63,692 nucleotides of DNA, filler included, from Globobulimina sp. (GCA_003354225.1; 55 parts of 55 records of this genome joined end to end with filler, not necessarily neighbours in it), one strand, 5' to 3'; positions 1 through 11,610 are shown, numbered from the whole stretch's first letter. Translations and numbers: made by a program. Notes: generated by a model not told the origin, from the sequence alone.

Positions 1-1
1 C

Positions 2-1051
2 TATAATAATCTTATTATCAGATTCTTTAATTTCATGTATCCATTTCAACGCATTATTATACGATTTATAACTTGTAATATCATAACAAATCAAAGCTGC
101 ACAAGCGTTTCTAAAATATAATTTTGTGAGTGACTTGAACCTGTCCTGTCCGGCAGTGTCCCATATCTCGAGAGTAAGTTTGCAGCGGTCGTATTGTAAG
201 GTTTTGCGTGAAAACATTGCACCGATTGTTGGTTCTGACCATGCATTGAATTTATTTGCAATGAATCTTTGTTCTATCGATGATTTACCGACTCCACTGT
301 CACCGACTAATACTAATTTAGCGATGCGCTCTGTCTTGATTACGGATTTTGAATTCTCCATTAAATGTTTTTGTTCACATTTATAATTATAATCAAGCAC
401 TGCTTTATCTATAACCAACCATTCGCTTTTACGCAAGTTCTGTGTATTTGGGGATGGTATTTGCTGCAAATATAAATGTAGTGTTTGTTCTGGTTTTTTG
501 TCTTGTAATGCTTCGTATAAATCATCCCAATCACTTATTTCTATGGATTTTCCATCACATTTTTCATATATTTTAAGCAAAGTATCGGTGGCATTTTTGA
601 TGTTAAAATTTAATTTAATGTCAGTTAAAAATTCAGAGTATAGATTGTAATCAGATTCGTTTATATCAAGCGGTAATGCAAATGTATATTGTTTTGTATC
701 TGAAGAAATGATTATTGTTCTTCTTTGTTTTTGTAATTTGTTTAAAATTTGTCTATTTCTCGAAGGTTTTAATAGTTCGTTGGATACAATTTCAATTTTC
801 CTTGTATCTGAATCTGAATCTTGTATAATTTCGCATAATGATTTATAGTCATCATAGGCTATAATACTTTCCTTGACACACAGTGCATATCCATTCTGCG
901 GATTAAATTTTTTAATTATTTTCTTGTTTAATGATATTACATTCTTTTTCCAATCGTTAAGTGTCGGCAATCTAAAACTTTGCGTCATTGCATTTCCATT
1001 CTCATCATCTCCGACCACATCTATGATTATTTTCTTGGTTGGGGTTGCCAT
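2..1051 (-). CDS. Rab-family small GTPase domain (Rab5-group-like) preceded by a ~245-aa N-terminal extension; 3' truncated
   Basis: Manual translation (not in the ORF track because there is no stop): ATG at 1051, open to the contig edge. Contains KLVLVGDSGVGKSS (G1), PTIGAMF (G2), LEIWDTAGQDRFKSL (G3) and YFRNACAALICYDIT. Confidence 0.9.
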   Translation of the reverse strand, partial: MATPTKKIIIDVVGDDENGNAMTQSFRLPTLNDWKKNVISLNKKIIKKFNPQNGYALCVKESIIAYDDYKSLCEIIQDSDSDTRKIEIVSNELLKPSRNRQILNKLQKQRRTIIISSDTKQYTFALPLDINESDYNLYSEFLTDIKLNFNIKNATDTLLKIYEKCDGKSIEISDWDDLYEALQDKKPEQTLHLYLQQIPSPNTQNLRKSEWLVIDKAVLDYNYKCEQKHLMENSKSVIKTERIAKLVLVGDSGVGKSSIEQRFIANKFNAWSEPTIGAMFSRKTLQYDRCKLTLEIWDTAGQDRFKSLTKLYFRNACAALICYDITSYKSYNNALKWIHEIKESDNKIII

Positions 1052-1061
1052 AGCAATACTT

Positions 1062-1161
1062 NNNNNNNNNNNNNNNNNNNNNNNNNNNNNNNNNNNNNNN
1101 NNNNNTTAATTAATTAANNNNNNNNNNNNNNNNNNNNNNNNNNNNNNNNNNNNNNNNNNNN
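1062..1161. other. Artificial contig spacer N44-TTAATTAATTAA-N44 (first of 54, one every ~1160 bp)
   Basis: Identical 100-bp linker with stops in all six frames. The flanking contigs are 1061, 1060 then 1059 bp long, i.e. length-sorted concatenation. Confidence 0.99.
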
Positions 1162-2322
1162 CTTGGTAGATGTTCTATTAAAAATGTAAAATGGCCGGTC
1201 GATTGCAATATTGATAATATTCATGACTGTTATATTATGTCTTGTTTATAGATGGTGTTTGAATAATAAAAGGCCATTACAAATAGTGCGAAAATGTAAA
1301 ACTATGTTCTCCACAAAACGTTTATGATGAATGAATATATATATTGCAAAAATATTTAATGGAAAATATGGGTGTACATAAACAATGTAAAATTAAAAAG
1401 TGTATCATGATCGGAGGAGAAAATTTGGAAATGATTTTTATTGGAGTTTGATGATCGATGGCAAATTGATTAAGTCCCCATTTTATTGGAAATGAGTTAT
1501 GCTGTAATTTGAAAAGGACAAGTAAAAAAAACATAAAATTAATTCAATTCCAACTATAGTTAGTATCTTAATTAATGTCAACGGTGCTCAAAGACCGATG
1601 TTTTGTTCAAATTTCTACCTTTTCTAGTAATTTCTACCTTACTATCACGTAGAGACTGAAAAACATTCCAGCCATCCTTTCAAGTTACGTCATATATCAT
1701 ATTTATTCATCTCGTTATTTACTGTACCATACACATGATATTATGTTTTTCAGTGGGTCTATGTTGTAGCACGCAAAAGAGTTAAATTACATATCTATAT
1801 ACATATACGTGTTGTAAACTAATTATAATCATGCAATATTCGATCAGCAAAAGCTAAACAACATGAAGACTTTTTAGAAGCAGAACAATCATGTGATGTC
1901 GAGCAGGATATGATAAATCCCGTTGAGTATTTTTTTTAATATGTTTTTATCTGAAAGGCATACATACTGTAACGTACATTTACTAATTAACGTTTGCATG
2001 TTTTCCAGAACGGCGCAACACAAAATAATCAAAGCATAGACTTCCGCACCGACAGCAACGACAACACTCCAAAACCAAAGCTACCACACACTATTCCAAA
2101 CACACATGATATCCATAATAGGTGCGACCAGACTGAAAATGCTAAACCAGCCCCAAAACAAAAACGTGAAGAATCCTTGCAAACTAAGCTGACTTCCACC
2201 GACGGAACGTTTACAATTATAANNNNNNNNNNNNNNNNNNNNNNNNNNNNNNNNNNNNNNNNNNNNTTAATTAATTAANNNNNNNNNNNNNNNNNNNNNN
2301 NNNNNNNNNNNNNNNNNNNNNN

Positions 2323-2596
2323 CAACTTTGCTTTCTAAGATGGAAGAGAGGAAAGCGAGGGAAGGAGTTAAGGGGAAAGAAATGACAAATAAAGTGGTAT
2401 ATCCATATTGAACTGCTAATTCAGCATAATCACACAAAGTACCCATAATTTCATCATAAACTTCCATTTCAAATTGAGCGGAAATCATACATTCTTTCTT
2501 TGGTTCTACTGTTTCCCCGTTGGCTTCTTTTTCTGCCTTTTCTTTTGCCTCTTGATATTCTGCATATTTTTTCAAACAATAAGGTAAGAGAAGCTC
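2323..2596 (-). CDS. Anoctamin/TMEM16 fragment, in frame with the carboxypeptidase (probable chimera)
   Basis: QELLLPY...DYAELAVQYGYTTLFVISFPLTPSLAFLSSILE matches the anoctamin consensus DYxEMxxQFGYxTLFxxAFPLAP. Confidence 0.8.
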
Positions 2597-3344
2597 CTGG
2601 AAATTGACGACAATATCACCATTACTCACTGCCTCATATAAGAATACACCAAAGTTAGCTGCCATTTTGCCACCATACGATTCAGAAAAAATCCTGAAAA
2701 ACAAACAAAACATATTCGCGATTTGAAATTGAAAAATAAAATAAAATTACATACCAATATGGTAACTGTTTCATGAAATCGTATTTAGCGGTGAGTTGCT
2801 TATGGCATTCCAATAAATCAACAGATATTTGCGACACGTTTGTGGTTAATAACGATATGTCATCAACATAAGAATAACCAGCTTTGTTTGGGCATGCTTT
2901 CAAAGTAAAAAAAAAGATATAAAATATAATATAAAATTACAAACCTCCAACAGGATTATCAATAAATAGGAGATTTACTTTATTTGACCAGCTATATTGC
3001 CGGGGTTCAAATGTTGTATTTATAGGTCCCACTTCGCCGTAATTGCCATAGCCAGAGCCACCTGCACCGGGACCACCTTGTAACCAAAGCACGATTGGCA
3101 AATCATTGCGTGGTAATTGCGGGTTGTTACTGCCATAAAACCAATAAAACTGCATGGTTTTATATAATGTTATATTTATGCAGTATTTTGCATTTAGATT
3201 TATTGGAAATGCAGATTTAAATACCATGTGGGCACCAGGTCTCACATCGATATAACCATATTCTTGATCAGGTATATCACCAATGTATTTACCATGGACG
3301 AAGGATAGTGATAACAAACTGAGACATATGTTAATCAGTGACAT
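2597..3344 (-). CDS. Serine carboxypeptidase S10 (SCPEP1/RISC-like), N-terminal half, 3 introns
   Basis: Signal peptide, YGYIDVRPGAHM|FYW, LWLQGGPG, LLFIDNPVG|AGYSY and W|IFSESYGGK (catalytic Ser). GT-AG introns at 3150-3224, 2882-2944 and 2694-2754 restore the frame. Confidence 0.9.
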
Positions 3345-3483
3345 GCTTTGGCTGATTAGTTCACAGTTACTCTAAGTTTTTATNNNNNNNNNNNNNNNNN
3401 NNNNNNNNNNNNNNNNNNNNNNNNNNNTTAATTAATTAANNNNNNNNNNNNNNNNNNNNNNNNNNNNNNNNNNNNNNNNNNNN

Positions 3484-3928
3484 ATTGGGTGGGGAAGGAA
3501 CATACTATGCAGTGAGAAACAGAAAGGAAACATCAATTGCAATCGCAACAAGGACAGAAACATAAACATGAAAAGGAAAATGAGTATTGATTTATTATAT
3601 AACTTGTTCAGTTTGCAAGGATTTCTTTTAATAAAAAAATTAGTATTGATGGATTTGCGCATAATTGCTGCGTTTTTTTTTACACTAGCTGCGGTTTGTT
3701 GGTAACTAAGAAAAGTATCCTGGCACTTCATGGTTTCAAAAAATGCAGCAATTATGTGCAAATCCATAGAATTAAAATGTTTTAAAAGCAATCCTTGCAA
3801 ACTGAACAAGTTATAAATACATATCAATACTAATTTCCTTTTTCTTTGTTGTTTCTGTCCTTGTTGCGATTGCAATTGATGTTTCCTTTCTGTTTCTCAC
3901 TGCATAGTATGTTCCTTCCCCACCCAAT
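3484..3928. repeat. 79-bp perfect inverted repeat (3484-3562 vs 3850-3928)
   Basis: The contig-terminal ATTGGGTGGGGAAGG...GGACAGAAACA is the exact reverse complement of 3850-3928. Confidence 0.9.
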
Positions 3929-4405
3929 GTTCCTTTTCATCACCAACTCCTATATGTGAACCCAATATATTGTTTTACATAAACCAACTCCTATATATTT
4001 ATTATGTACAGTTATCTGCGTCAAGATGGATAAACGCATACCAAATTCCTTTGATTCAAATTCAAATTCAATTCTTTCAAATCCAATTCTTTCAAATCCA
4101 TCATTCAATTCATATCCAATTCTGAGTGGTGACGAGAGCTGAGTGCCAGTGAGTGGTGAACCTAAAGTTAGAAAAGCGACATTTGGCTGGCATTTTGAAA
4201 ACTGGCTGGCATTTCTGAACGGAAAATAAAGACGCAATTTTGAGCATGACATCAAGTTTTTGCTTTGCTGTGATAAAAAGACTTTTAAGTTTCTAAATCT
4301 GAAGATTCTGAATCTGATAATTGAGATTCTGAAGACTACAAAGTATATAATCATGATAACGACTGGTTGTCACAAAAAGTTTCTGTGATCAGGAAACTGC
4401 CATAT

Positions 4406-4544
4406 ATGGAGAAATTAACGGAACAAATAACTGACATATTTGCATCTGTAAAACAAACAATCAAATCGAATAAACTCGTACAATCATTCGCAATTTTAAC
4501 ATCAATATATGCTGCTCGTAATTTGTATTTATTCGCTTACCGAA
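4406..4544 (+). CDS. N-terminus of an unknown protein with a hydrophobic anchor (truncated)
   Basis: MEKLTEQITDIF...SFAILTSIYAARNLYLFAYR runs off the contig. It resembles a membrane anchor such as a P450 N-terminus, but no diagnostic motif is visible. Confidence 0.35.
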
Positions 4545-4721
4545 NNNNNNNNNNNNNNNNNNNNNNNNNNNNNNNNNNNNNNNNNNNNTTAATTAATTAA
4601 NNNNNNNNNNNNNNNNNNNNNNNNNNNNNNNNNNNNNNNNNNNNACAGATGATACTGTCAACTGTAATGGCTAAAACGGGCGGTGGGGGAAATATGCCAA
4701 TAGCGGCTACGCGCACAAATC

Positions 4722-5610
4722 AATTGAAGACCTCAGAGCATAAAGGGCCTATGTAACATTTTCATTTTTCTGAGAAATCGGCGGCCAAAGTTTTTGGTGT
4801 ACCAGTTTTGCTAGGTAACTGCTATCTAAACATGCGATATCTTGTTTTGTAGGCCACAAGCATACGAATCTATCTATGTAATCGTTTTTAAACTTTTACA
4901 ATTAGTTTTTGGGTAATTAGCAATAATATGAACATAGGCCTTTTATGTACTAGAAAAGGATGAGCAATAAGGTCCTATGTACATAATTTCTAGTAATGAA
5001 AATTTAGAGAAATCCCCGAATGCAACGAAACCAGCAAAAAAGAGTACTAAAATTTCAAGATGGTATAACTAAACATCACTGCGCGTTTCGATTGCTAATT
5101 ATATCAAGTAGAGCGCCCGAAAACATACTTTTTGATAAATCGTGTAAATAACTTTTTTTGCTATTAGAATGAGGTAATCCATCCAAAATATGCCTAATAT
5201 TGTTCAGCTCACACTACTGCACTTGTACACTGCAAAAAATGCAAATTTAAGGATTTTAAAAATATAATTAATTTTTTTCATATTCATTAAAATTTTATTA
5301 TTCTTTATTTTTTTGCGTTAAATCAAACGAATATGAACCAGATGGGGTTTTGGAAAGGTTTTATCGCTGTTAATATAGTTTTTCAACAAATTTTGGGTAA
5401 AAAACTTCACATGGGACCTTTATGCACTAGAGAATTAAAATATTTTGTTACATAGTACCTTTATGCACAACAGTATTTCGTTATCTGTGCATTTTCCAGC
5501 TAAGACACCATCACAGAATGATTCCTGGCCTCTTGTTTGCTAAGAATATGTAAAAAAACGATTTCCCGCCAAAACGTTACTAGGCCCTTTATGCTCTGAG
5601 GTCTTCAATT
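4722..5610. mobile_element. Non-autonomous DNA transposon (MITE-like), 889 bp, with 30-bp perfect terminal inverted repeats
   Basis: AATTGAAGACCTCAGAGCATAAAGGGCCTA (4722-4751) is the reverse complement of 5581-5610. No ORF. Degenerate internal copies of CATAGGNCCTTTATG near 4934, 4970, 5410 and 5451. Confidence 0.85.
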
Positions 5611-5805
5611 TTATGTTACCAACATATACATGACATAATCAGGTCTATAACATGAAAATGTAAATTTACTTTTAGCTATAGGTGTGAATTGATTGCTTGC
5701 CATACNNNNNNNNNNNNNNNNNNNNNNNNNNNNNNNNNNNNNNNNNNNNTTAATTAATTAANNNNNNNNNNNNNNNNNNNNNNNNNNNNNNNNNNNNNNN
5801 NNNNN

Positions 5806-6632
5806 CTTTTCATCCACATTTCATTGTGGCCATTTAAATCGGCCATGAATATGATTTTTTTATCAGAATATTTAATTTGTATATCAGTCAGATGCTGTAT
5901 AATGATGGAGACATTGTTGTTCTTTAAAATGCTGTTTTGTGGCCTATAATTTGTGAGCGCAAGGAATGTGGAGTCGGCTGTAACGAATTCACATTGTAAA
6001 ATAAATAATTTTTGCATTAATAATTTGGTTTTTAGTGTTCTATAATTTCGTTTATATGGATTTAATTTTAATATTTGCTCTTCAATGTTGTTGTTATGGG
6101 CAGAATTCAGCGGAATTTGGGAGCACTTAACGCTGTCTTCGACTAAAATTAGCACTTTGCCATAGCAGTTATGCATAATCATTGGTGTATAGCCGGGAGG
6201 AGACCAACAATGATCATGTATGTCATACGTAATTCTGGTTTCTTGTAAGAAGAAGGCGTCCGACTTTTTTGTATGAATAATATAGTTAATGACGGTGATT
6301 ATATTTGGCGTAATACTATTTACGTTCCATTGGACTAAAAGGAGGCCGCCGCGCCGATGAAATAAGATATTATCTAAGTTCATTGGATCATTTGTGGTGT
6401 CCATATTGTTAGTGGTATTTAGAGGATGTTCTGTGGGATTGAGGGATGTGTGAGAATCAAGGGACGAGTTTGAGTCACTTGTATTCAAAATTTCATCTAA
6501 ATCGCTGCAGTTTGTGTCGTCTCTGTCCGATTGATAGTGATTGTACATAGAAGTTGTGAAATTGTTGGTGTTTATGTTGGAATGAGTTGTTGTGTATAAA
6601 TGACCGTGTTTGGGCTTGGGGTCATTCATCAT
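5806..6632 (-). mobile_element. Non-LTR retrotransposon ORF2 N-terminus, AP-like endonuclease domain (truncated)
   Basis: LLLVQWNVNSI, FFLQET, NYRPQ and IIFMADLNGHNEMW match the EEP/APE motifs WN, LQE, YxP and GDFNAH-x3-W. Confidence 0.85.
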
Positions 6633-7229
6633 GAGTTATTAGGAAAGGGGGTGGTTGGTAATGTGCTGAATGTGTTGTTATTGTTATTTTTGTTATTTGA
6701 TGTTAGTTTGACACGTTTTTGAGGGGTTTCAATGTTTGTACCGCAATTTTTGCGTCTTCGGTTTGGTTTCGTTCAGTTTGTAGCTTTGACGAAGGCATCA
6801 ACTTCGCGAAAAATGTCTTTATTTGATATAATTAAATCGATTATAATATTACGATGAGTGGCATTTNNNNNNNNNNNNNNNNNNNNNNNNNNNNNNNNNN
6901 NNNNNNNNNNTTAATTAATTAANNNNNNNNNNNNNNNNNNNNNNNNNNNNNNNNNNNNNNNNNNNNCAAGTATTAATTCAGCAATATTACCAAAAACATG
7001 TGATCGAATAATAATTAAAGACCCATATGGTGAGTGGTTAGAGAGTGTGTTGAGTTGTAGGAGAATTAGAAAGAAGAGGAAAGGATAATAAATTAATATA
7101 ATAATAGAATATAATAATAGAAAAAAGGTATAATAAAAGGTAATTATGATATTGAGGAATAGCAAGGAGCACAACATCACCCCGTTCCAAGATTGTTTAG
7201 TAACAATCTTTTATAAAATTCCTTAATAT

Positions 7230-7760
7230 CTAAATCTCTTTATGAAATTCCTTTGTTGAATGTTTTTGTCGTTTTATTGGTGGTTCATCCACAACGACAT
7301 TAAACGTAAAATGTTGTTCAGAATTTGGTGTGTTTGGAGTTGATGGAGGTTCTGCTTTTTTTGATGAAGTTGATGACCAATCACTATATCTTGGACTGTA
7401 AAAATGTTCAGGAGGATTTTGTGAACTTTGCGGAGTTGGAGTTTGTGGAGGAGTCGGACTTTGATGGGTTGGACTTTGGGGAGGATTTGAATATTCTGTG
7501 GTTGAATAATTGGATGATGGATAATTATCCAATAATGAGGTTATTTCGCTGTTTACTGTTTGAAGCGAAGTCATTACTCTTTTAATATTTGTTAAAGCAC
7601 TGTGAAGTGCTGAAGTGATCTCTGGAGTCACTAATGTTTGTTCTAATAATGGTTGTACTGCTGCGAATTCTGTATTTATTTTATAAAGAAAATCGCCTAA
7701 TTGATATCCAATGTGTTGTGGGTTGTGTGGTAATATCTCCAGTTTAATAATATTGTCCAT
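7230..7760 (-). CDS. Hypothetical protein (helical N-half, Pro/Ser-rich C-half)
   Basis: Complete 176-aa ATG-to-stop ORF with no recognisable motif. Three ATAAGTGTTTGA copies lie just upstream (~7772-7825). Confidence 0.55.
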   Translation of the reverse strand: MDNIIKLEILPHNPQHIGYQLGDFLYKINTEFAAVQPLLEQTLVTPEITSALHSALTNIKRVMTSLQTVNSEITSLLDNYPSSNYSTTEYSNPPQSPTHQSPTPPQTPTPQSSQNPPEHFYSPRYSDWSSTSSKKAEPPSTPNTPNSEQHFTFNVVVDEPPIKRQKHSTKEFHKEI

Positions 7761-8128
7761 AACAGTTTGATAATAAGTGTTTGAGTGATGTATTGATAAT
7801 AAGTGTTTGAAAGATAAGTGTTTGAAAGTTTGATTTCTAAATGATTTATGAGTAATGGATATGACTCATAATCTTTATCATAATTATAATCTGTATGTAG
7901 CTGATTAGTTAATATCTGAAAGTAACTAACTTAAAAAAAACGTTCACTTTAAGCGTTTTGCATGAGTTTGTCACTTTGTTGTTAGATAGTTACAAACTGA
8001 ACTGTCGTTGTTGAGTTTGTTTATGTANNNNNNNNNNNNNNNNNNNNNNNNNNNNNNNNNNNNNNNNNNNNTTAATTAATTAANNNNNNNNNNNNNNNNN
8101 NNNNNNNNNNNNNNNNNNNNNNNNNNNC

Positions 8129-9188
8129 AATAATGATACAATTCACTATAAAATCTATGTTGATAATTTACCTGTGCTCCAATTCATAAATGGACTCAAT
8201 TATCCGCGATATAACGAAACAAAACTAATTATTGAAAACATTTTCATTAAACTCCTCCAAATCCAACATAAAAATCCGAATATATTTATCACTTTTATTA
8301 AAATTAAATCACATAATAATAATGACTTTAATGACGAAGTTGACAGATTAGCAAATTTTGCAGCAAAGCATACAAGATTTGATCCAGAATTATATAATGA
8401 AATATCGTATAATACCACAATCACACAATTACATAAACAGATGCGATTCAAATGGAGTGAACAATGGTTGAATAGAAATACGAAATCGACACAAGACAGC
8501 TACAAAATGTACACAAATAACCCAACCCTCCATAATAAAATGAATAAAATAGTTAAATATTTAAATAAAGATGAATCAGCATTGTTGAATAGAATAATTT
8601 CGGGCCACATTGAACTAAATTCATTCCTCTTCAAACACAAATTTACAGATACTGATAATTCCATTGTTCAGTCTCAAAATTGTAATCATTGTAATTCCAA
8701 TGCTAATGAAACAATAAACCATTATTTTACTAAATGCCCTAAATATGCAAACCAGCGACGACGTTTAACAGACTCAATTAAATTAATATGGAATGGTTTT
8801 GATAATGGAGGTCGCGTATATCTGGATGAACTCTTCTATCCATATACGATAAGACGACCTCCAGACATTGACAGTGAACTAGATATTTTAACCCAAGTAG
8901 CAATTTGGAAAAAACTTCTTCAATTTATAAAAGAAACGAAAAGATTTAATCACCTGTACCAAGTAGACCTGATGAATTTATCTCCGATCATTTCGGATTA
9001 GGAAACTATAGTACTTTGTACTAGTTTCAAATATTTTTATTTACCTTTGTTCATTGGTCTCAAACCCAAATAAAAGGGCCTATATCCTTGTTGTGTGTGT
9101 GCTATTTAATTAGTGTTCCCTGCTTGTGTATATGGTGAAATCTTTAATTGATTTCTTAGTATTTTGAAGAAAAAAAAAAAAAAAAAAA
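8129..9188 (+). mobile_element. 3' end of an RNase H-bearing non-LTR retrotransposon: RNase H, CCHC finger, 3' UTR and poly(A)
   Basis: ORF 8129-9001 has KIYVDNLPVL and IKIKSHNNNDFNDEVDRLA (RNase H), ISGH and CNHC...ETINHYFTKCPKY. A19 tail at 9170-9188. Confidence 0.9.
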
Positions 9189-9288
9189 NNNNNNNNNNNN
9201 NNNNNNNNNNNNNNNNNNNNNNNNNNNNNNNNTTAATTAATTAANNNNNNNNNNNNNNNNNNNNNNNNNNNNNNNNNNNNNNNNNNNN

Positions 9289-10070
9289 TGACTGCTGCTG
9301 CTGTCATTGAACAGCTTTTTAGTGATGGTTTTTTCGTGTTCGAGTAGCATATCGATGACAAGTATTTTGCGCTCTTCCCAAGCTTTTTTCAATGCTTCAC
9401 TGCTGTTATACCCTTCGCCAGAATTCAAGTATTTGTTGGCTGTTTGTTGTAGTTTTTCATAGAGCTCATTCTCTGACTCTATATGGTGAGAAAATTGAAG
9501 TCGATCAGTAAGCTGATCAAAGAGCGTTTCCAGAAAGATGTTGACATGTGGCTCCTTGAGCAGATCCTGCGTTGTTTGGATGCTGGCATTAGTTTCCGGT
9601 AGCTGGTCGCATGTCTCCACAATGACGGTATCCCAAGCATCCCAGTCTTCCATGCCGGTCTCACTCTGTTCACTTGCCATTGAAGTATCAGTGTCAGGAG
9701 ATGACTCCTGCTCTCTTGGATGTTTTGCAGTATTGCTAACATGCATTAGGGTTTCATGTCGCTTTCTAAAAAGAAGTAACATAAAAAATTATTGCAAACA
9801 AAAACTTGTGAGGTTGGTTGGTGCAGTGCAACTTTTAGGGTTTTTGCTCAGGAAAGATGAACAAACGAGGGACAGAAAAACGTAACTGAAACTGATGCCG
9901 AAACTAAAGAGAAGTATTAAGTGGTTATATAAAAATCTCTAGGAGCTCCATACTCTACTAGCTCAAGGAAATTTTGTATTATTTTACTTATAAACAACTA
10001 CTAAAATCTAATACCTGTTGTATGTAGATGCAAATACACGATTGCAATAGCTACACTGTTTTGTATCCAT
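9289..10070 (-). CDS. Spliced C2H2 zinc-finger protein (exons 10015-10070 and 9289-9765; 3' truncated)
   Basis: A GT-AG intron at 9766-10014 joins MDTKQCSYCNRVFASTYN-R-KRHETLMH into one canonical C2H2 finger. Confidence 0.8.
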
Positions 10071-10809
10071 GGCAGAAGGAATTGTGAAAGTGAAGTGGAA
10101 TAGTAAAGTACGGTAATGTAAAATAGCTAAACACGGGAAATAGTGAGAGTGGGAGTGAGGAAAACGAAATATTTTAGAGAAGGAGAGGAAGAGATATTCT
10201 GGAGTTGGAAATTGAATGACTGGTGAATTTGTCTTGGTTGGCGTGCTTTTATATGGCGATTCTGCGTTTATAGTGCATAGTGCGCTTAAAGTGCAAAGCG
10301 CAAAGCGCAAGAACAGGGATATAAAAGTCAGTCATTCTCCAAAAAATCANNNNNNNNNNNNNNNNNNNNNNNNNNNNNNNNNNNNNNNNNNNNTTAATTA
10401 ATTAANNNNNNNNNNNNNNNNNNNNNNNNNNNNNNNNNNNNNNNNNNNNTTGACACACTTCCAACAAGGACATTTGATCTATTTATAGAGGTTATCACAG
10501 TCTGAAATAATAATAACAAAACAATTGGTGGTAGTGAGTGAAGTGATACAGCTGCTAAGTTATATCAATGTAGATTTTGCCTATGTTTTTTACACTAGCA
10601 TTTTCTGACAGGCTTGGTCCGGCGGCCGCGGGCGGTCAGCAGACATACATTTAGCAGCTCTGTGTATGTATTTACACATATGTACGCTAGAGATGAGATG
10701 AGAATGGGTAACACTTTTCGCGGCGCACCCTATTTTCCCAATTCTTCAGTTCAGTCTGGCCGGGTCCAGCCCATTGATCTTCAAAAATAGCGACCTGGTA
10801 CAGCCTAGA

Positions 10810-11138
10810 TGAGCATGAGTCCAAAAAATCGTTCCAAATGAAAAAAAATTGAATATTTTTCTAAAAATGTCATATTTTCAGCTAAAATATGATTTTTTTC
10901 ATAGTAATTTACTGAATTTAGCTAATATGGACTAATTATACTACTTTAAGAGCATGTTTCTGCATTTCTATTGGCCAAAATTGGACAATTTTGACACCAA
11001 ATTTTTATTTTAAACTCGACAAACTCGCCAAGTAAAAGGTGGACTGGACTCGCAATCGCAAGTATTTTGTTTAGCAAAATTTTTAGACTCATTTGGTGGA
11101 CTCACGAGTCGAGTTTTTTGGACTCGTGCTCAACACTA
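10810..11138. mobile_element. Degenerate MITE-like element (possibly hAT-type)
   Basis: TGAGCATGAGTCCAAAAAA (10810-10828) matches the reverse complement of 11114-11132 at 18/19. The right end reads TAGTGTTG on the minus strand, with subterminal GGACTC repeats. Confidence 0.5.
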
Positions 11139-11610
11139 CAGTCTATGTACATGTACAGTATGCATAATGCAGATATCACTACAAAACAAATATTGAATTC
11201 AATTTAATTCTACTGTACCTGCATATCTGTAGAAAGTGTCTTCAACTGGTCAGTTAAATCAGCCGGAATCCTACTGTTGCTGGCAAACACATTGTCTAAA
11301 TGTTGATGAATTTCAGCCAACAATTCTTTAGATGGCAACCGATCAGCAAAACAAGAAAATGCTTCAGCTGTAGTCTGCCGTTCGTGTAAACTGGCTTGCA
11401 TTGATGATCGCTCCGACAGTACTTCCAAAAGTTGAGCTTTTGTTGAGTGTAGCTCTAATTGTAATTGATCCTTCCTAAAAGTTACAACTTATATGGTGAT
11501 TAGATTAGTANNNNNNNNNNNNNNNNNNNNNNNNNNNNNNNNNNNNNNNNNNNNTTAATTAATTAANNNNNNNNNNNNNNNNNNNNNNNNNNNNNNNNNN
11601 NNNNNNNNNN

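Noticed and set aside
1162..1460. KKCIMIGGENLEMIFIG resembling a HAD hydrolase motif IV
   Set aside because: The catalytic Asp residues are absent, the frame is broken and the match is too short.
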